From Anaerovorax odorimutans (GTDB lineage Bacteria; Bacillota; Clostridia; Peptostreptococcales; JAAYPU01), in contig JAENZQ010000006.1 in assembly GCA_016841185.1 (NCBI GenBank), positions 30,717 to 94,716 of the forward strand: DNA of 64,000 nt, in the 5' to 3' direction. The notes beneath the pieces are model-generated. The model was not told the origin of the DNA, did not search any database, and saw nothing but the letters and a program-made list of their open reading frames with translations. This document shows, piece after piece, positions 19,018-27,939 of the stretch. Position 1 is the stretch's first letter. Every line of letters starts with the position of its first letter. The position numbers and the translations under genes are program-made.

Positions 19018-19329
19018 TTAATACATCATTCCCGGCATTCCAGGTGCGCCATACATCCCTGGCGTACCATACATACCCGGTTGCATACCATACATGGAAT
19101 TAGGGTCTTGTACCCCGCCATACATATTAGGCATATTTGGTTCCATCATGGCCGGAGACAACATAGGCTGCATACCGGTCATTGGCATACAATATACCGG
19201 AATACAGCACATAGGCTGCATGCCGTACATTGGCATTTGCGGCATGGTATCATAGATTCCACCAACTTCAGGAACTTCTTCAACAGGTTGTGTAATCGGT
19301 GCTTTTGGTGTATTTTGATAATTATCCAT
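19018..19329 (-). CDS. 103-aa Met/Pro/Gly/Tyr-rich low-complexity protein
   Basis: Strong RBS (ggagg), its own terminator, repeated MYGMQP / GMYG units and a CCIPVYC cluster. About one residue in five is Met. Confidence 0.7.
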   Translation of the reverse strand: MDNYQNTPKAPITQPVEEVPEVGGIYDTMPQMPMYGMQPMCCIPVYCMPMTGMQPMLSPAMMEPNMPNMYGGVQDPNSMYGMQPGMYGTPGMYGAPGMPGMMY

Positions 19330-19438
19330 TTAATAAACCTCCAATATTTTAATAAAACTATTTTCATTATTAATATACGCAATTTGTTTGTGAGTGTGAT
19401 AATAGTTTTAAAGGAGGTAGAGGTTTCAAGTTATATAT

Positions 19439-19759
19439 CTATAATTCCAATTTTTTCAGCATATCTATATATTTGCCCATAATACCGATATTCACATAAT
19501 ACTCAGAAAAATTATCCTTCTTTCTGACATGAAGGATATCTGCATCAATCAGTTTTTTCACATGTTGCGAAATTGTTGATTGAGAATAGTCAAAAAATTC
19601 AACCAGATCTTTATTATGGACAGGTGTTCTTTGTGAATTACTGATTAAAATATACTTTAAAATTTTTATCCTTAGGGGATGTGCCAAAGCATCCGATATT
19701 TTTGCTGTTAATATAATTTGATTTTCTTCATTTTCAAATACATCTTTTCTGATTCTCAT
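19439..19759 (-). CDS. ArsR-family-like wHTH transcriptional regulator (no obvious metal-binding Cys motif)
   Basis: LAHPLRIKILKYI and QSTISQHVKKLIDADIL. The start is taken at the ATG at 19759 behind agaggtg. Confidence 0.7.
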   Translation of the reverse strand: MRIRKDVFENEENQIILTAKISDALAHPLRIKILKYILISNSQRTPVHNKDLVEFFDYSQSTISQHVKKLIDADILHVRKKDNFSEYYVNIGIMGKYIDMLKKLEL

Positions 19760-19860
19760 GAATTCACCTCTTACCATATCGTATATCTATGATTTACATA
19801 TATCTATTACTATAAGGTATTATGGGAAAGAGGTCAATAAGAAACAGGAGGGGATAAAAG

Positions 19861-19891
19861 AGAAATAGCCTTTTCTCTCAAGGCTATTTCT
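19861..19891 (-). terminator. hairpin terminator downstream of the Asn-rich small ORF
   Basis: agaaatagcct (19861-19871) pairs perfectly with aggctatttct (19881-19891); only a short T-run follows on the minus strand. Confidence 0.45.
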
Positions 19892-19916
19892 CTATCCTGC
19901 CGAAAAAAGCATTTAC

Positions 19917-20087
19917 TTAGAAGTCTAACTCATCTTGGCAGTTTCTTCTGTTGTTCTGAGATTCATTTTTTGTGTTATTCATCTGATTATTTCTGGTGTT
20001 TTTTGTATTGTTGTTCCCAGAATTCTCATTTGAATTTCTGTTATTCTGTTGATTTCTGTTTTGACTCTCATTTTGGTTATTTCTCAT
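19917..20087 (-). CDS. 56-aa Asn/Gln-rich small protein, missing from the ORF track because it is under 60 aa
   Basis: My translation of the minus strand: MRNNQNESQNRNQQNNRNSNENSGNNNTKNTRNNQMNNTKNESQNNRRNCQDELDF. The ATG is preceded by aaggaggg plus 6 nt, and a hairpin follows the stop. Confidence 0.6.
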   Translation of the reverse strand: MRNNQNESQNRNQQNNRNSNENSGNNNTKNTRNNQMNNTKNESQNNRRNCQDELDF

Positions 20088-20184
20088 ACTTTATCCCTCC
20101 TTATTGATTATTGTTTCTATTTTCAGTTAAAATATAAATATATTTTATATTTTTGAGAAAATTTTTATAAAGGAGTAGCGATAA

Positions 20185-20862
20185 ATGGATAATAGGATAA
20201 GGATCATTGCAGGGCATTATGGAAGCGGAAAAACAGAGTTTGCTGTTAATTATGCCTTAAAGCTCAGTAAAAAAAGCGATAAAGTTACAATCATTGATTT
20301 GGATATCGTAAATCCATATTTCAGAACCAGGGAGAAAAAGGATCTGCTCGTATCTAACGGAATAGAATTGATCAGTAATAGTTTTGAAAAGGATATTACA
20401 GCGGAGCTGCCGTCTCTTTCAGCCAATATCAATGCCCCTCTGCAAAACCCGGACCGACAGGTTATTCTGGATGTCGGCGGCGACGCGGTAGGGGCAAGAG
20501 CGCTTGCACGCTATAAAAAATTTTTTACCGAAGATGCATATGACCTGTTTTTTGTTGTCAATGCCAACAGACCTGAAACCGGTACCTTTAAAAAAGCCAT
20601 GGACTACTTTCAAAGCATAGAAGCAGAAATGGGTGTTAAAGTAACGGGTTTGGTCAATAATACCCACATGCTGCAGAATACAACTGCAGAGGACATATTA
20701 AAAGGAAACAGCCTTGTTACGGAACTGAGTAATTATCTCAAAGTACCGGTGAAGTATACCTGCTGTATTGAAAAGATTTCAAAGGACATTCCCCTGGAAA
20801 TAAAGGGAGAACTCTTTATCATCCAAATGATCATGAGAGAAAAATGGATGATGATAGAATAA
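20185..20862 (+). CDS. uncharacterised P-loop NTPase
   Basis: Walker A GHYGSGKTE and Walker B-like VILDVGGD. 225 aa. The family is not recognised precisely. Confidence 0.6.
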   Translation: MDNRIRIIAGHYGSGKTEFAVNYALKLSKKSDKVTIIDLDIVNPYFRTREKKDLLVSNGIELISNSFEKDITAELPSLSANINAPLQNPDRQVILDVGGDAVGARALARYKKFFTEDAYDLFFVVNANRPETGTFKKAMDYFQSIEAEMGVKVTGLVNNTHMLQNTTAEDILKGNSLVTELSNYLKVPVKYTCCIEKISKDIPLEIKGELFIIQMIMREKWMMIE

Positions 20863-20962
20863 CGATCTATATAATCAGCAATCTAAATATTTATATTTTA
20901 CAAAATTTTAATGTTGAAAAATAAAGGCATCATTGTTATAATACTTATTAGGCTGAAAACAA

Positions 20963-21038
20963 GCCCCATTAGCTCAGCTGGAAGAGCACCTGACTCTTAA
21001 TCAGGGTGTCATGCGTTCGAGCCGCATATGGGGTACCA
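20963..21038 (+). tRNA. tRNA-Lys (anticodon CTT), CCA encoded
   Basis: Manual cloverleaf: acceptor gccccat/atggggt, D arm gctc-agctggaa-gagc, anticodon arm cctga-ctCTTaa-tcagg, T arm atgcg-ttcgagc-cgcat, then a-cca. Confidence 0.9.
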
Positions 21039-21049
21039 GGAAACATTAA

Positions 21050-21087
21050 AAAATGCACGTTTTGACGAAAGTCAGGACGTGCATTTT
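21050..21087 (+). terminator. hairpin terminator after tRNA-Lys
   Basis: aaaatgcacgt (21050-21060) pairs with acgtgcatttt (21077-21087). Confidence 0.55.
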
Positions 21088-21384
21088 GTGCTGTCAGGGT
21101 GCAATGAAAGTTTCCCCGACCGGCCAAGATAGTAACAGTTCTATTAATAATTTCATTTTTCAGTTTGTTTTAATTTCAGCATACCATCAGGTTCAGGTTC
21201 AGGCAAAGTAAAGGGCTAAATGATATTATTCCAATATTTGTTCTAAATCCAAACCTTTCTTAAACATTGAAATTTTCCTCATCTTATAGTAACATGCCAT
21301 TGTGAGTTAAAAAAAAGGATAGTGTATTAGTATTATAAATAGTAATTCTTTTAACAGTAGAATGGTATAAGGAGGATTAATTTG

Positions 21385-22236
21385 ATGTATATAAATAATC
21401 AGGATATAGAGCAAATTATTTATGATGTTTATGATTCATTGGAAAAGAATAATTTTAAAACATTAGGAAGGCCGGATGAAAAAATGTGGGAAAAACCTCT
21501 TATTGGTATAGCAGACGGAGATGACCCATATTTTGATTTTTTAAAAGAACATATAGGAGAATTTCATTGGAATCCGGAGGAGGCTTTTAAATTAAAGTAC
21601 TCCGAAAATGTTTCAGGACAAAAATTAAAGGTCGTTTCTATGGTATTTCCTCAAACAGATATAACAAAACAAACCCAGCTTAAAGAAACAAAATGTCCGT
21701 CAAGAGAATGGATCGTAACAAGAGGGGAGTGGGAGCCGCTGATGAAAGAATTCAGCGGCAAACTGGTCAAAAGGCTGGAAGATATGGGCGTACGAAGTGT
21801 ATCTATTGATCTGCAGCCGGAATTCAGTACGGCAAAATCAGAAAAACAGGGGATCGCTTCCAAATGGTCCCATCGTCATGTCGCACATTTGGCTGGATTG
21901 GGGACTTTCGGACTTTCCGACGGCCTTATTACAGAAAAGGGTAAAGCCATACGAATTACATCTTTGATCATTGAAGCACCGCTTACACCGACTGAAAGGT
22001 CTTATACGTCCCATAATGAGTGGTGCCTGTATTATAAGAACGGAAGCTGCCGGGCTTGCATCAAACGTTGCCCTGCCAATGCCATTTCATTAGAGGGACA
22101 TGATAAGGATATTTGTGCCGATTATGAAGATGTGTTCGCAGAAAAATACTGGCCGTCTGATATCGATAAAAGAGATTATATTCTGGGCTGCGGACTTTGT
22201 CAGGTTGGAATTCCGTGTCAGAATAAGAAACCATAA
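21385..22236 (+). CDS. QueG/reductive-dehalogenase-superfamily Fe-S protein (short form)
   Basis: WSHRHVAHLAGLGTFGLSDGLITEKGKAIRITSLI core plus two Cys clusters, CRACIKRCP and CGLCQVGIPC. Confidence 0.5.
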   Translation: MYINNQDIEQIIYDVYDSLEKNNFKTLGRPDEKMWEKPLIGIADGDDPYFDFLKEHIGEFHWNPEEAFKLKYSENVSGQKLKVVSMVFPQTDITKQTQLKETKCPSREWIVTRGEWEPLMKEFSGKLVKRLEDMGVRSVSIDLQPEFSTAKSEKQGIASKWSHRHVAHLAGLGTFGLSDGLITEKGKAIRITSLIIEAPLTPTERSYTSHNEWCLYYKNGSCRACIKRCPANAISLEGHDKDICADYEDVFAEKYWPSDIDKRDYILGCGLCQVGIPCQNKKP

Positions 22237-22421
22237 ATTGTAAACAGGAGATGTTCATATCGGGGCATCTCATTTTTAATTTTTTAAATATATCCGGTTT
22301 AAACATTTTCCAGTGAGGGTATAGCAAAAATAGACGGCTTATCAAACTATTTGTTTAAAACTTGTTATTTTTCAAATACTATTTCATAGCATTATAAATA
22401 TACCAGAAAAGGGGCCATAAA

Positions 22422-24062
22422 ATGACAGATAAACCGGAAAATGATTTAACCGCAAAATTAGAAGAACAGTTATACCGCCGTAATTTTACTAAATATGGAC
22501 TGGATATAAATCCGGTTGTTTCTTTAGTTTCTGGCTTTTTTATTTTAGTATTTTCTTTATATGCTCTTTCTAATTTAAATCAGGCTCAGCAGGTTTTTGA
22601 AAATTTAAAGAATTATATTATTGCACAATATGATTGGATCTTTATTCTGTCAAGCAACTTTTTTATTATTGTCTGTATATTTCTTGCATTTTCAAAATTG
22701 GGCAATGTGAAAATCGGAGGAATAGGAAGTGAAACAGAGTTTTCAGATTTTTCCTGGTATTCCATGTTGATTTCTGCGGGAATGGGGATTGGACTTATGT
22801 TCTGGGCCGTTGGTGAACCCCTTTATCATTCGGAGATAAAACCGCCTGTTTTTCTAAGCTCCGATCCCAATTTTTCTGCAATGGCCACCACATTTTTTCA
22901 TTGGGGCTTCCATCCCTGGGGAATATATACCCTGATTTCATTGGCTCTTGCATTTTTTGCCTATAATAAAAAGCTCCCTCTTTCTTTAAGATCGGTTTTC
23001 TACCCTTTGCTGAAAGATAAGATTTTCGGTATCACCGGAGACATCATAGACATTCTTGCTGTCCTGGCTTGCTTATTTGGGTTGGCAACTTCATTAGGCC
23101 TGGGCGTGCAACAAATCAACAGCGGATTGAATTATTTGTTTGAAATAAAGGTAAGTGTTATTGTTCAGGTAATCCTTATCACGGTCATTACTCTCGTTGC
23201 TACTTTATCTGTAATATCAGGAATCGATAAAGGCATAAAATTTCTTTCAGAGCTGAACATACGCATAGCGGCTGTTTTTATGGTTTTCATTTTGATTCTG
23301 GGACCTACTGCTTATGTTATCCGGGTATTTTCAAACTCCTTAGGGCTTTATTTAAATGATTTTATTCAGTCATCCTTCCGTGTATCCTTTGAACGTCAGG
23401 CATGGCAAGGTGACTGGTCTATCTTTTACCTTGCCTGGTGGATTTCCTGGTCTCCTTTTGTAGGTATGTTTATTGCCAGGATATCCAGAGGAAGGACGAT
23501 CAGAGAATTTGTTCTGGCCGTTTTGTTTATTCCTTCCTTGCTGTCTTTTGTATGGTTGTCTGTTTTCGGAGGGACAGCCATTCATCTGAATAAAGCAGCA
23601 GGAGGAACTTTGTTTGACGTGGTACAAGATAATCTTCCGGTGGCGTTATTTGAAATGATAGGATATCTGAACATGCCTTTTTCAGCGGGCATCTTCAGAA
23701 TACTTTTGTCTGTTATAGGAACCGTTCTGGTTATTTCTTTCTTTGTAACATCAAGTGACTCAGGCTCACTGGTAGTGGATCATATTACCTCTGGGGGCCG
23801 ATTGGATTCGCCAGTCAGACAGAGAGTATTTTGGGCATGCATGGAAGGATTTATTGCGGCTGTGCTTCTGCTTATCGGCGGAGAAAAAGCACTTTCCACA
23901 TTACAAACTGCAGTCATTAGTACAGGCCTGCCGTTTTCAGTTATTTTAACGGTTATGTCTATTTCTTTGATCCGGGGCATAAAAACTTCTCATGTGAAAC
24001 AAAAAAGAATCAGAGATATCAATCATCACAAAAAGATGATGGATTATTTAAAAAGAAAATAA
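22422..24062 (+). CDS. BCCT-family betaine/carnitine/choline transporter
   Basis: Signature WSIFYLAWWISWSPFVGMFIARISRGRTIREF. Confidence 0.9.
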   Translation: MTDKPENDLTAKLEEQLYRRNFTKYGLDINPVVSLVSGFFILVFSLYALSNLNQAQQVFENLKNYIIAQYDWIFILSSNFFIIVCIFLAFSKLGNVKIGGIGSETEFSDFSWYSMLISAGMGIGLMFWAVGEPLYHSEIKPPVFLSSDPNFSAMATTFFHWGFHPWGIYTLISLALAFFAYNKKLPLSLRSVFYPLLKDKIFGITGDIIDILAVLACLFGLATSLGLGVQQINSGLNYLFEIKVSVIVQVILITVITLVATLSVISGIDKGIKFLSELNIRIAAVFMVFILILGPTAYVIRVFSNSLGLYLNDFIQSSFRVSFERQAWQGDWSIFYLAWWISWSPFVGMFIARISRGRTIREFVLAVLFIPSLLSFVWLSVFGGTAIHLNKAAGGTLFDVVQDNLPVALFEMIGYLNMPFSAGIFRILLSVIGTVLVISFFVTSSDSGSLVVDHITSGGRLDSPVRQRVFWACMEGFIAAVLLLIGGEKALSTLQTAVISTGLPFSVILTVMSISLIRGIKTSHVKQKRIRDINHHKKMMDYLKRK

Positions 24063-24196
24063 GACAAATTAAAATAAAAAAAGATAAAAATTTTTAAAAT
24101 TAATGAAGGAATAATTCATATTTCTGAAGAATATGTTAATTATAATATAAGCCTTTTTAATGATGCTGAATACGATCATAAGGAGGATATTGAATC

Positions 24197-24418
24197 ATGA
24201 ATGAACTGAAAGTTGACAGCCCCCTTGGTATAACAGATTATAAAATAACAGGAGAAGATTCAGAGAGGGTAAAAGATGCATGGGAAGAATTCAAGCAAGC
24301 TTTAGAATACATCAAGCAACTGCCCTACAATATGACCAATACCAATGAACAAATTGAAGAACACAGACGAAAGATCGAAAAAGAGTACAATGTAAAAATT
24401 GAAACTATATTGGAATGA
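24197..24418 (+). CDS. hypothetical 73-aa protein
   Basis: RBS aaggagga upstream and a terminator hairpin just after the stop. Confidence 0.5.
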   Translation: MNELKVDSPLGITDYKITGEDSERVKDAWEEFKQALEYIKQLPYNMTNTNEQIEEHRRKIEKEYNVKIETILE

Positions 24419-24572
24419 AGGAGAGTGAAAGACTCTCTTCTTTTTTTAACTTTTTTCTCATTAAATCCTTAACATAAAATATAAAAAGAAGTTTTTTTAT
24501 TTACACAGAGCGGAATGCTCTTTTTTTGAATATTTTTTTGAAAAAAGTACAATACAATAAAGACTGTAAATG

Positions 24573-24601
24573 TTGACAAATGAGAAAAAAGCTGATAAAA
24601 T
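24573..24601 (+). promoter_or_regulatory. sigma-A type promoter of fhs
   Basis: TTGACA (24573-24578), 17-nt spacer, TAAAAT (24596-24601). Confidence 0.5.
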
Positions 24602-24651
24602 TTTTTAAAATGCAAAACATAGTTTTACAATGCGAAACCAGGAGGGAATTT

Positions 24652-26331
24652 ATGAAATTTAAAACAGATATTGAGATCGCTCAGGAAGCTAATAAAGAAC
24701 TGATTAATCATGTAGCTGACAAAATTGATATCAAGGAAGAATTTATAGAAAACTATGGAAAATATAAAGCAAAAATTGACTATAATTTGCTATCCGGAAT
24801 AGACGATGTTAGCGATGGAAAACTCATATTGGTTACAGCCATTAACCCGACTCCGGCCGGAGAGGGTAAAACCACTACCACGGTAGGCTTGGGAGATGCT
24901 CTAAGCAGGCTTGATAAGAAAACCATTATTGCATTAAGAGAGCCGTCTCTCGGTCCTGTTTTTGGTGTTAAGGGAGGAGCTGCAGGAGGCGGTTATTCAC
25001 AGGTAGTTCCCATGGAAGATATCAATCTTCACTTTACCGGTGATCTTCATGCAATCGGTGCGGCCAATAATCTTATTGCTGCAATGCTGGATAATCATAT
25101 TCATCAGGGGAATTCCCTTAATATTGATGTAAGGAGAATTATGTGGAAAAGAGCAATGGATATGAATGACCGGCAGCTCAGATTTATAGTGGATGGTCTT
25201 GGCGGAAAAGCCAATGGGACACCAAGAGAAGACGGATTTGATATTACTGTCGCTTCTGAAGTAATGGCGGTATTATGTCTGGCTGAAGATTTGGATGATT
25301 TAAAAGAAAGATTGGCCAGAATGGTAATTGCTTATTCCAGAGATGGGAAGCCGGTAACGGTTGGAGATATAAAAGCCCAGGGCGCAGCGGCAGCATTATT
25401 AAAAGATGCTTTAAAACCAAATCTGGTTCAGACTCTGGAACATACGCCAACCTTTATTCATGGCGGCCCATTTGCAAATATAGCACATGGATGTAATAGT
25501 GTTATGGCAACAAAAATGGCTTTGAAGCTGAGTGATTATGTGGTTACGGAAGCAGGCTTCGGAGCAGATTTGGGTGCCGAAAAGTTTGTAGATATTAAGT
25601 GTCGTTTAAGCGGATTGAAGCCGGATGCAGTTGTTATCGTAGCCACTGTTCGCGCATTGAAGCATCATGGCGGCTGCCCTAAGGCCGAATTAAATGAAGA
25701 GAATATAGAAGCTCTTGAAGGCGGTATACCTAATTTGCTGAAACATGTTGAAAATGTTACAAAGAATTTCGGAATTCCGGCGGTTGTTGCAATAAACAGG
25801 TTTCCGACGGATACGGAGGAAGAATTAGACTTTATCGAAAATAAGTGTAAGACATTAGGAGTCAATGTAGCGCTTTCTGAAGTATGGGCAAAAGGAGGCG
25901 AGGGCGGAGAGGCATTGGCAAAAGAAGTACTGGAGCTTATTGAAAAAGGAGATAATAATTTCAGCTTTACTTATCCGGATGATGTGGGAATAAAAGAAAA
26001 AATAGAAGCAATTGCTACGAAGATCTATGGAGCAGAAGGTGTTGACTATATCGGTCAAAGCATCAAACAGATAGAAGAGCTGGAAAGACTGGGATATAAC
26101 AGGCTTCCCATCTGTATGGCTAAAACACAATATTCATTATCAGATGATCCAAAAAAACTTGGACGTCCAGAGGATTTTAGAATCTCCATCAGAAATGTTA
26201 AGGTTTCGGCCGGTGCAGGTTTTATAGTGGCCCTGACAGGAGATATCATGACCATGCCCGGACTTCCGAAAGCCCCAGCAGCTGAGAAAATAGATGTAGA
26301 CAACAAAGGCAGAATAGCAGGATTGTTTTAA
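24652..26331 (+). CDS. fhs: formate--tetrahydrofolate ligase
   Basis: [15 protein letters not shown]-loop and full-length similarity to the Fhs pattern. The start is moved to the ATG at 24652 behind ggaggg, because the track extension overlaps the promoter. Confidence 0.95.
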   Translation: MKFKTDIEIAQEANKELINHVADKIDIKEEFIENYGKYKAKIDYNLLSGIDDVSDGKLILVTAINPTPAGEGKTTTTVGLGDALSRLDKKTIIALREPSLGPVFGVKGGAAGGGYSQVVPMEDINLHFTGDLHAIGAANNLIAAMLDNHIHQGNSLNIDVRRIMWKRAMDMNDRQLRFIVDGLGGKANGTPREDGFDITVASEVMAVLCLAEDLDDLKERLARMVIAYSRDGKPVTVGDIKAQGAAAALLKDALKPNLVQTLEHTPTFIHGGPFANIAHGCNSVMATKMALKLSDYVVTEAGFGADLGAEKFVDIKCRLSGLKPDAVVIVATVRALKHHGGCPKAELNEENIEALEGGIPNLLKHVENVTKNFGIPAVVAINRFPTDTEEELDFIENKCKTLGVNVALSEVWAKGGEGGEALAKEVLELIEKGDNNFSFTYPDDVGIKEKIEAIATKIYGAEGVDYIGQSIKQIEELERLGYNRLPICMAKTQYSLSDDPKKLGRPEDFRISIRNVKVSAGAGFIVALTGDIMTMPGLPKAPAAEKIDVDNKGRIAGLF

Positions 26332-26423
26332 TTAAGAATTAAGAATGAAAAATTAAGAATGAAGGAGGAACTTTGCAAATGTAAATTTCTTCATTCACTA
26401 ACCTCTGACAAAGGAGTATCAAA

Positions 26424-27053
26424 ATGCTGGATAAATCATGTACTGAATTTATTGAATTGCTTGCTTCTAAAAACCCTGTTCCCGGAGGCGGCGGAGCCAG
26501 TGCATATGCCGGATCTTTAGGGATGGCTCTGGGCAGCATGGTAGGAAATCTGACTCTGGGCAAAAAGAAATATGATTCTGTTCAGGAGGATATAAAAATA
26601 CTTTTGAAAAAGTCTGAAGACATTATTCATACATTAAATGAATTGGTAGAAAAGGATGCGAAGGCATTTTATCCCTTATCACAGGCTTATTCTCTTCCAT
26701 CCGGTACCGAAGTCGAAAAAAAAGCTAAGGATGAAGCTCTGCAGAATGCTTTGGTAGAGGCTACGCTGGTTCCGCTGAAAATAGCACAGGTATGTAAAGA
26801 AGCCATTGATTTACATGAAGAATATGCTCTGAAAGGTAGCCGCATTGCTATAAGCGATGTAGGTGCCGGGGTTATCTTGTGTAAAGCTGCGCTTCAAGGT
26901 GCAAAATTGAATGTATTGATCAATACGGCCATTATGAAAGATGAAAAGTTGAAGGAAAAAATTTTAACGCAACTGGAAGAATTGGAACAAGCGGGATTAA
27001 CCAAAGCAGAGCAAATTTATTCTGAAATAGAACAAGCATTAAGGAGGACTTAA
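26424..27053 (+). CDS. fchA: methenyl-THF cyclohydrolase / cyclodeaminase-family protein
   Basis: F.E.LASK.PVPGGGGASA N-terminal motif, 209 aa, located between fhs and folD. Confidence 0.8.
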   Translation: MLDKSCTEFIELLASKNPVPGGGGASAYAGSLGMALGSMVGNLTLGKKKYDSVQEDIKILLKKSEDIIHTLNELVEKDAKAFYPLSQAYSLPSGTEVEKKAKDEALQNALVEATLVPLKIAQVCKEAIDLHEEYALKGSRIAISDVGAGVILCKAALQGAKLNVLINTAIMKDEKLKEKILTQLEELEQAGLTKAEQIYSEIEQALRRT

Positions 27054-27054
27054 A

Positions 27055-27900
27055 ATGCCCCAAATACTTTATGGAAAACCCGTTGCAGAAAAAATGAAAA
27101 TACAAATGAAAGCTGATGTTCAGCAATTTAAGAATAAAGGGATATCCCCTACAATGGCCATTATCCGGGTAGGCAGCAGAGAAGATGATATTGCTTATGA
27201 ACAGTCTATTATAAAAAACTGTGAAGCCATAGGAATTCGGGCAGTTGTTTATGAAACAAAACAGGATATACCCATGGAAGATTTCGTTAAACTTGTAAGA
27301 ATGGTAAATGAAGACGAGGAAATCCATGGCATACTTATTTTCAGACCGCTTCCGGATCAGTTAAATATGGAGATTATACAAGATCTGATAGATCCCAAAA
27401 AAGATATCGACTGTATGAATTCTGTTAATTTACAAAAAGTGTTCGAAGGATCGGGAGACGGATTTTTACCATGTACACCCGAAGCAGTAGTTGAAATATT
27501 AAAGCATTATGATATTCCGCTAAAAGGAGCCAAAGCAGTCATTATTAACAGAAGCTTGGTTTTGGGAAAACCACTTGCAATGATGCTTATTGGAGAAAAT
27601 GCTACGGTAGAAATATGCCACTCAAAAACAACTCAGTTATCTAAAGAAACATCGGCGGCAGATATCGTCATTACAGGAGCAGGAAAAGCAAAAATATTTG
27701 GAAAAGAATATTTCAACAGTCAATCGGTAATTATCGATGTGGGGATCAATTACCTTGGTTCTGAAATGTGCGGGGATGTTGATTATGATGCAGTGAAAGA
27801 AATGGTATCCGGGATCACACCTGTTCCCAGGGGTGTCGGTACCGTCACCAGCACCATACTTCTGAGGCACGTATTGGATGCGGTTGGAAAAAATGCATAA
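27055..27900 (+). CDS. folD: bifunctional methylene-THF dehydrogenase / methenyl-THF cyclohydrolase
   Basis: ILYGKPVAEK start, PLP...D..K.IDPKKD, PCTP, GITPVPRGVGTVT. Confidence 0.9.
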   Translation: MPQILYGKPVAEKMKIQMKADVQQFKNKGISPTMAIIRVGSREDDIAYEQSIIKNCEAIGIRAVVYETKQDIPMEDFVKLVRMVNEDEEIHGILIFRPLPDQLNMEIIQDLIDPKKDIDCMNSVNLQKVFEGSGDGFLPCTPEAVVEILKHYDIPLKGAKAVIINRSLVLGKPLAMMLIGENATVEICHSKTTQLSKETSAADIVITGAGKAKIFGKEYFNSQSVIIDVGINYLGSEMCGDVDYDAVKEMVSGITPVPRGVGTVTSTILLRHVLDAVGKNA

Positions 27901-27939
27901 AGTTAATTTTTACGGGTTTAAGCTAAAGAGAGGGAATAA

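Noticed and set aside
20963-21380. tRNA-Lys as an integration site for a genomic island
   Set aside because: I found no direct repeat of the tRNA 3' end downstream, no integrase, and the neighbouring genes are not obviously foreign.
24580-24651. N-terminal 24-codon extension of fhs in the ORF track ([24 protein letters not shown])
   Set aside because: The extension overlaps the TTGACA-17-TAAAAT promoter and has no RBS. The ATG at 24652 has ggaggg upstream and gives the canonical Fhs N-terminus.
24419-24651. Possible ZTP or THF riboswitch upstream of the fhs-folD genes
   Set aside because: The region is AT-rich and has none of the GC-rich conserved cores of those riboswitch classes. Only a promoter, a small terminator-like hairpin (about 24507-24530) and the 26-nt motif are visible.
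26330-26346. The 17-mer aattaagaattaagaat occurs both here (the fhs-fchA spacer) and at 34804-34820 (the buk-korD spacer). Because the operons are on opposite strands, the two mRNAs would be complementary over 17 nt, just upstream of their SD sequences
   Set aside because: The word is a tandem of a short A/T-rich unit in an AT-rich genome. A single 17-nt coincidence across both strands of 64 kb is not clearly beyond chance, and I see no supporting structure. It is worth a genome-wide count but not a claim.
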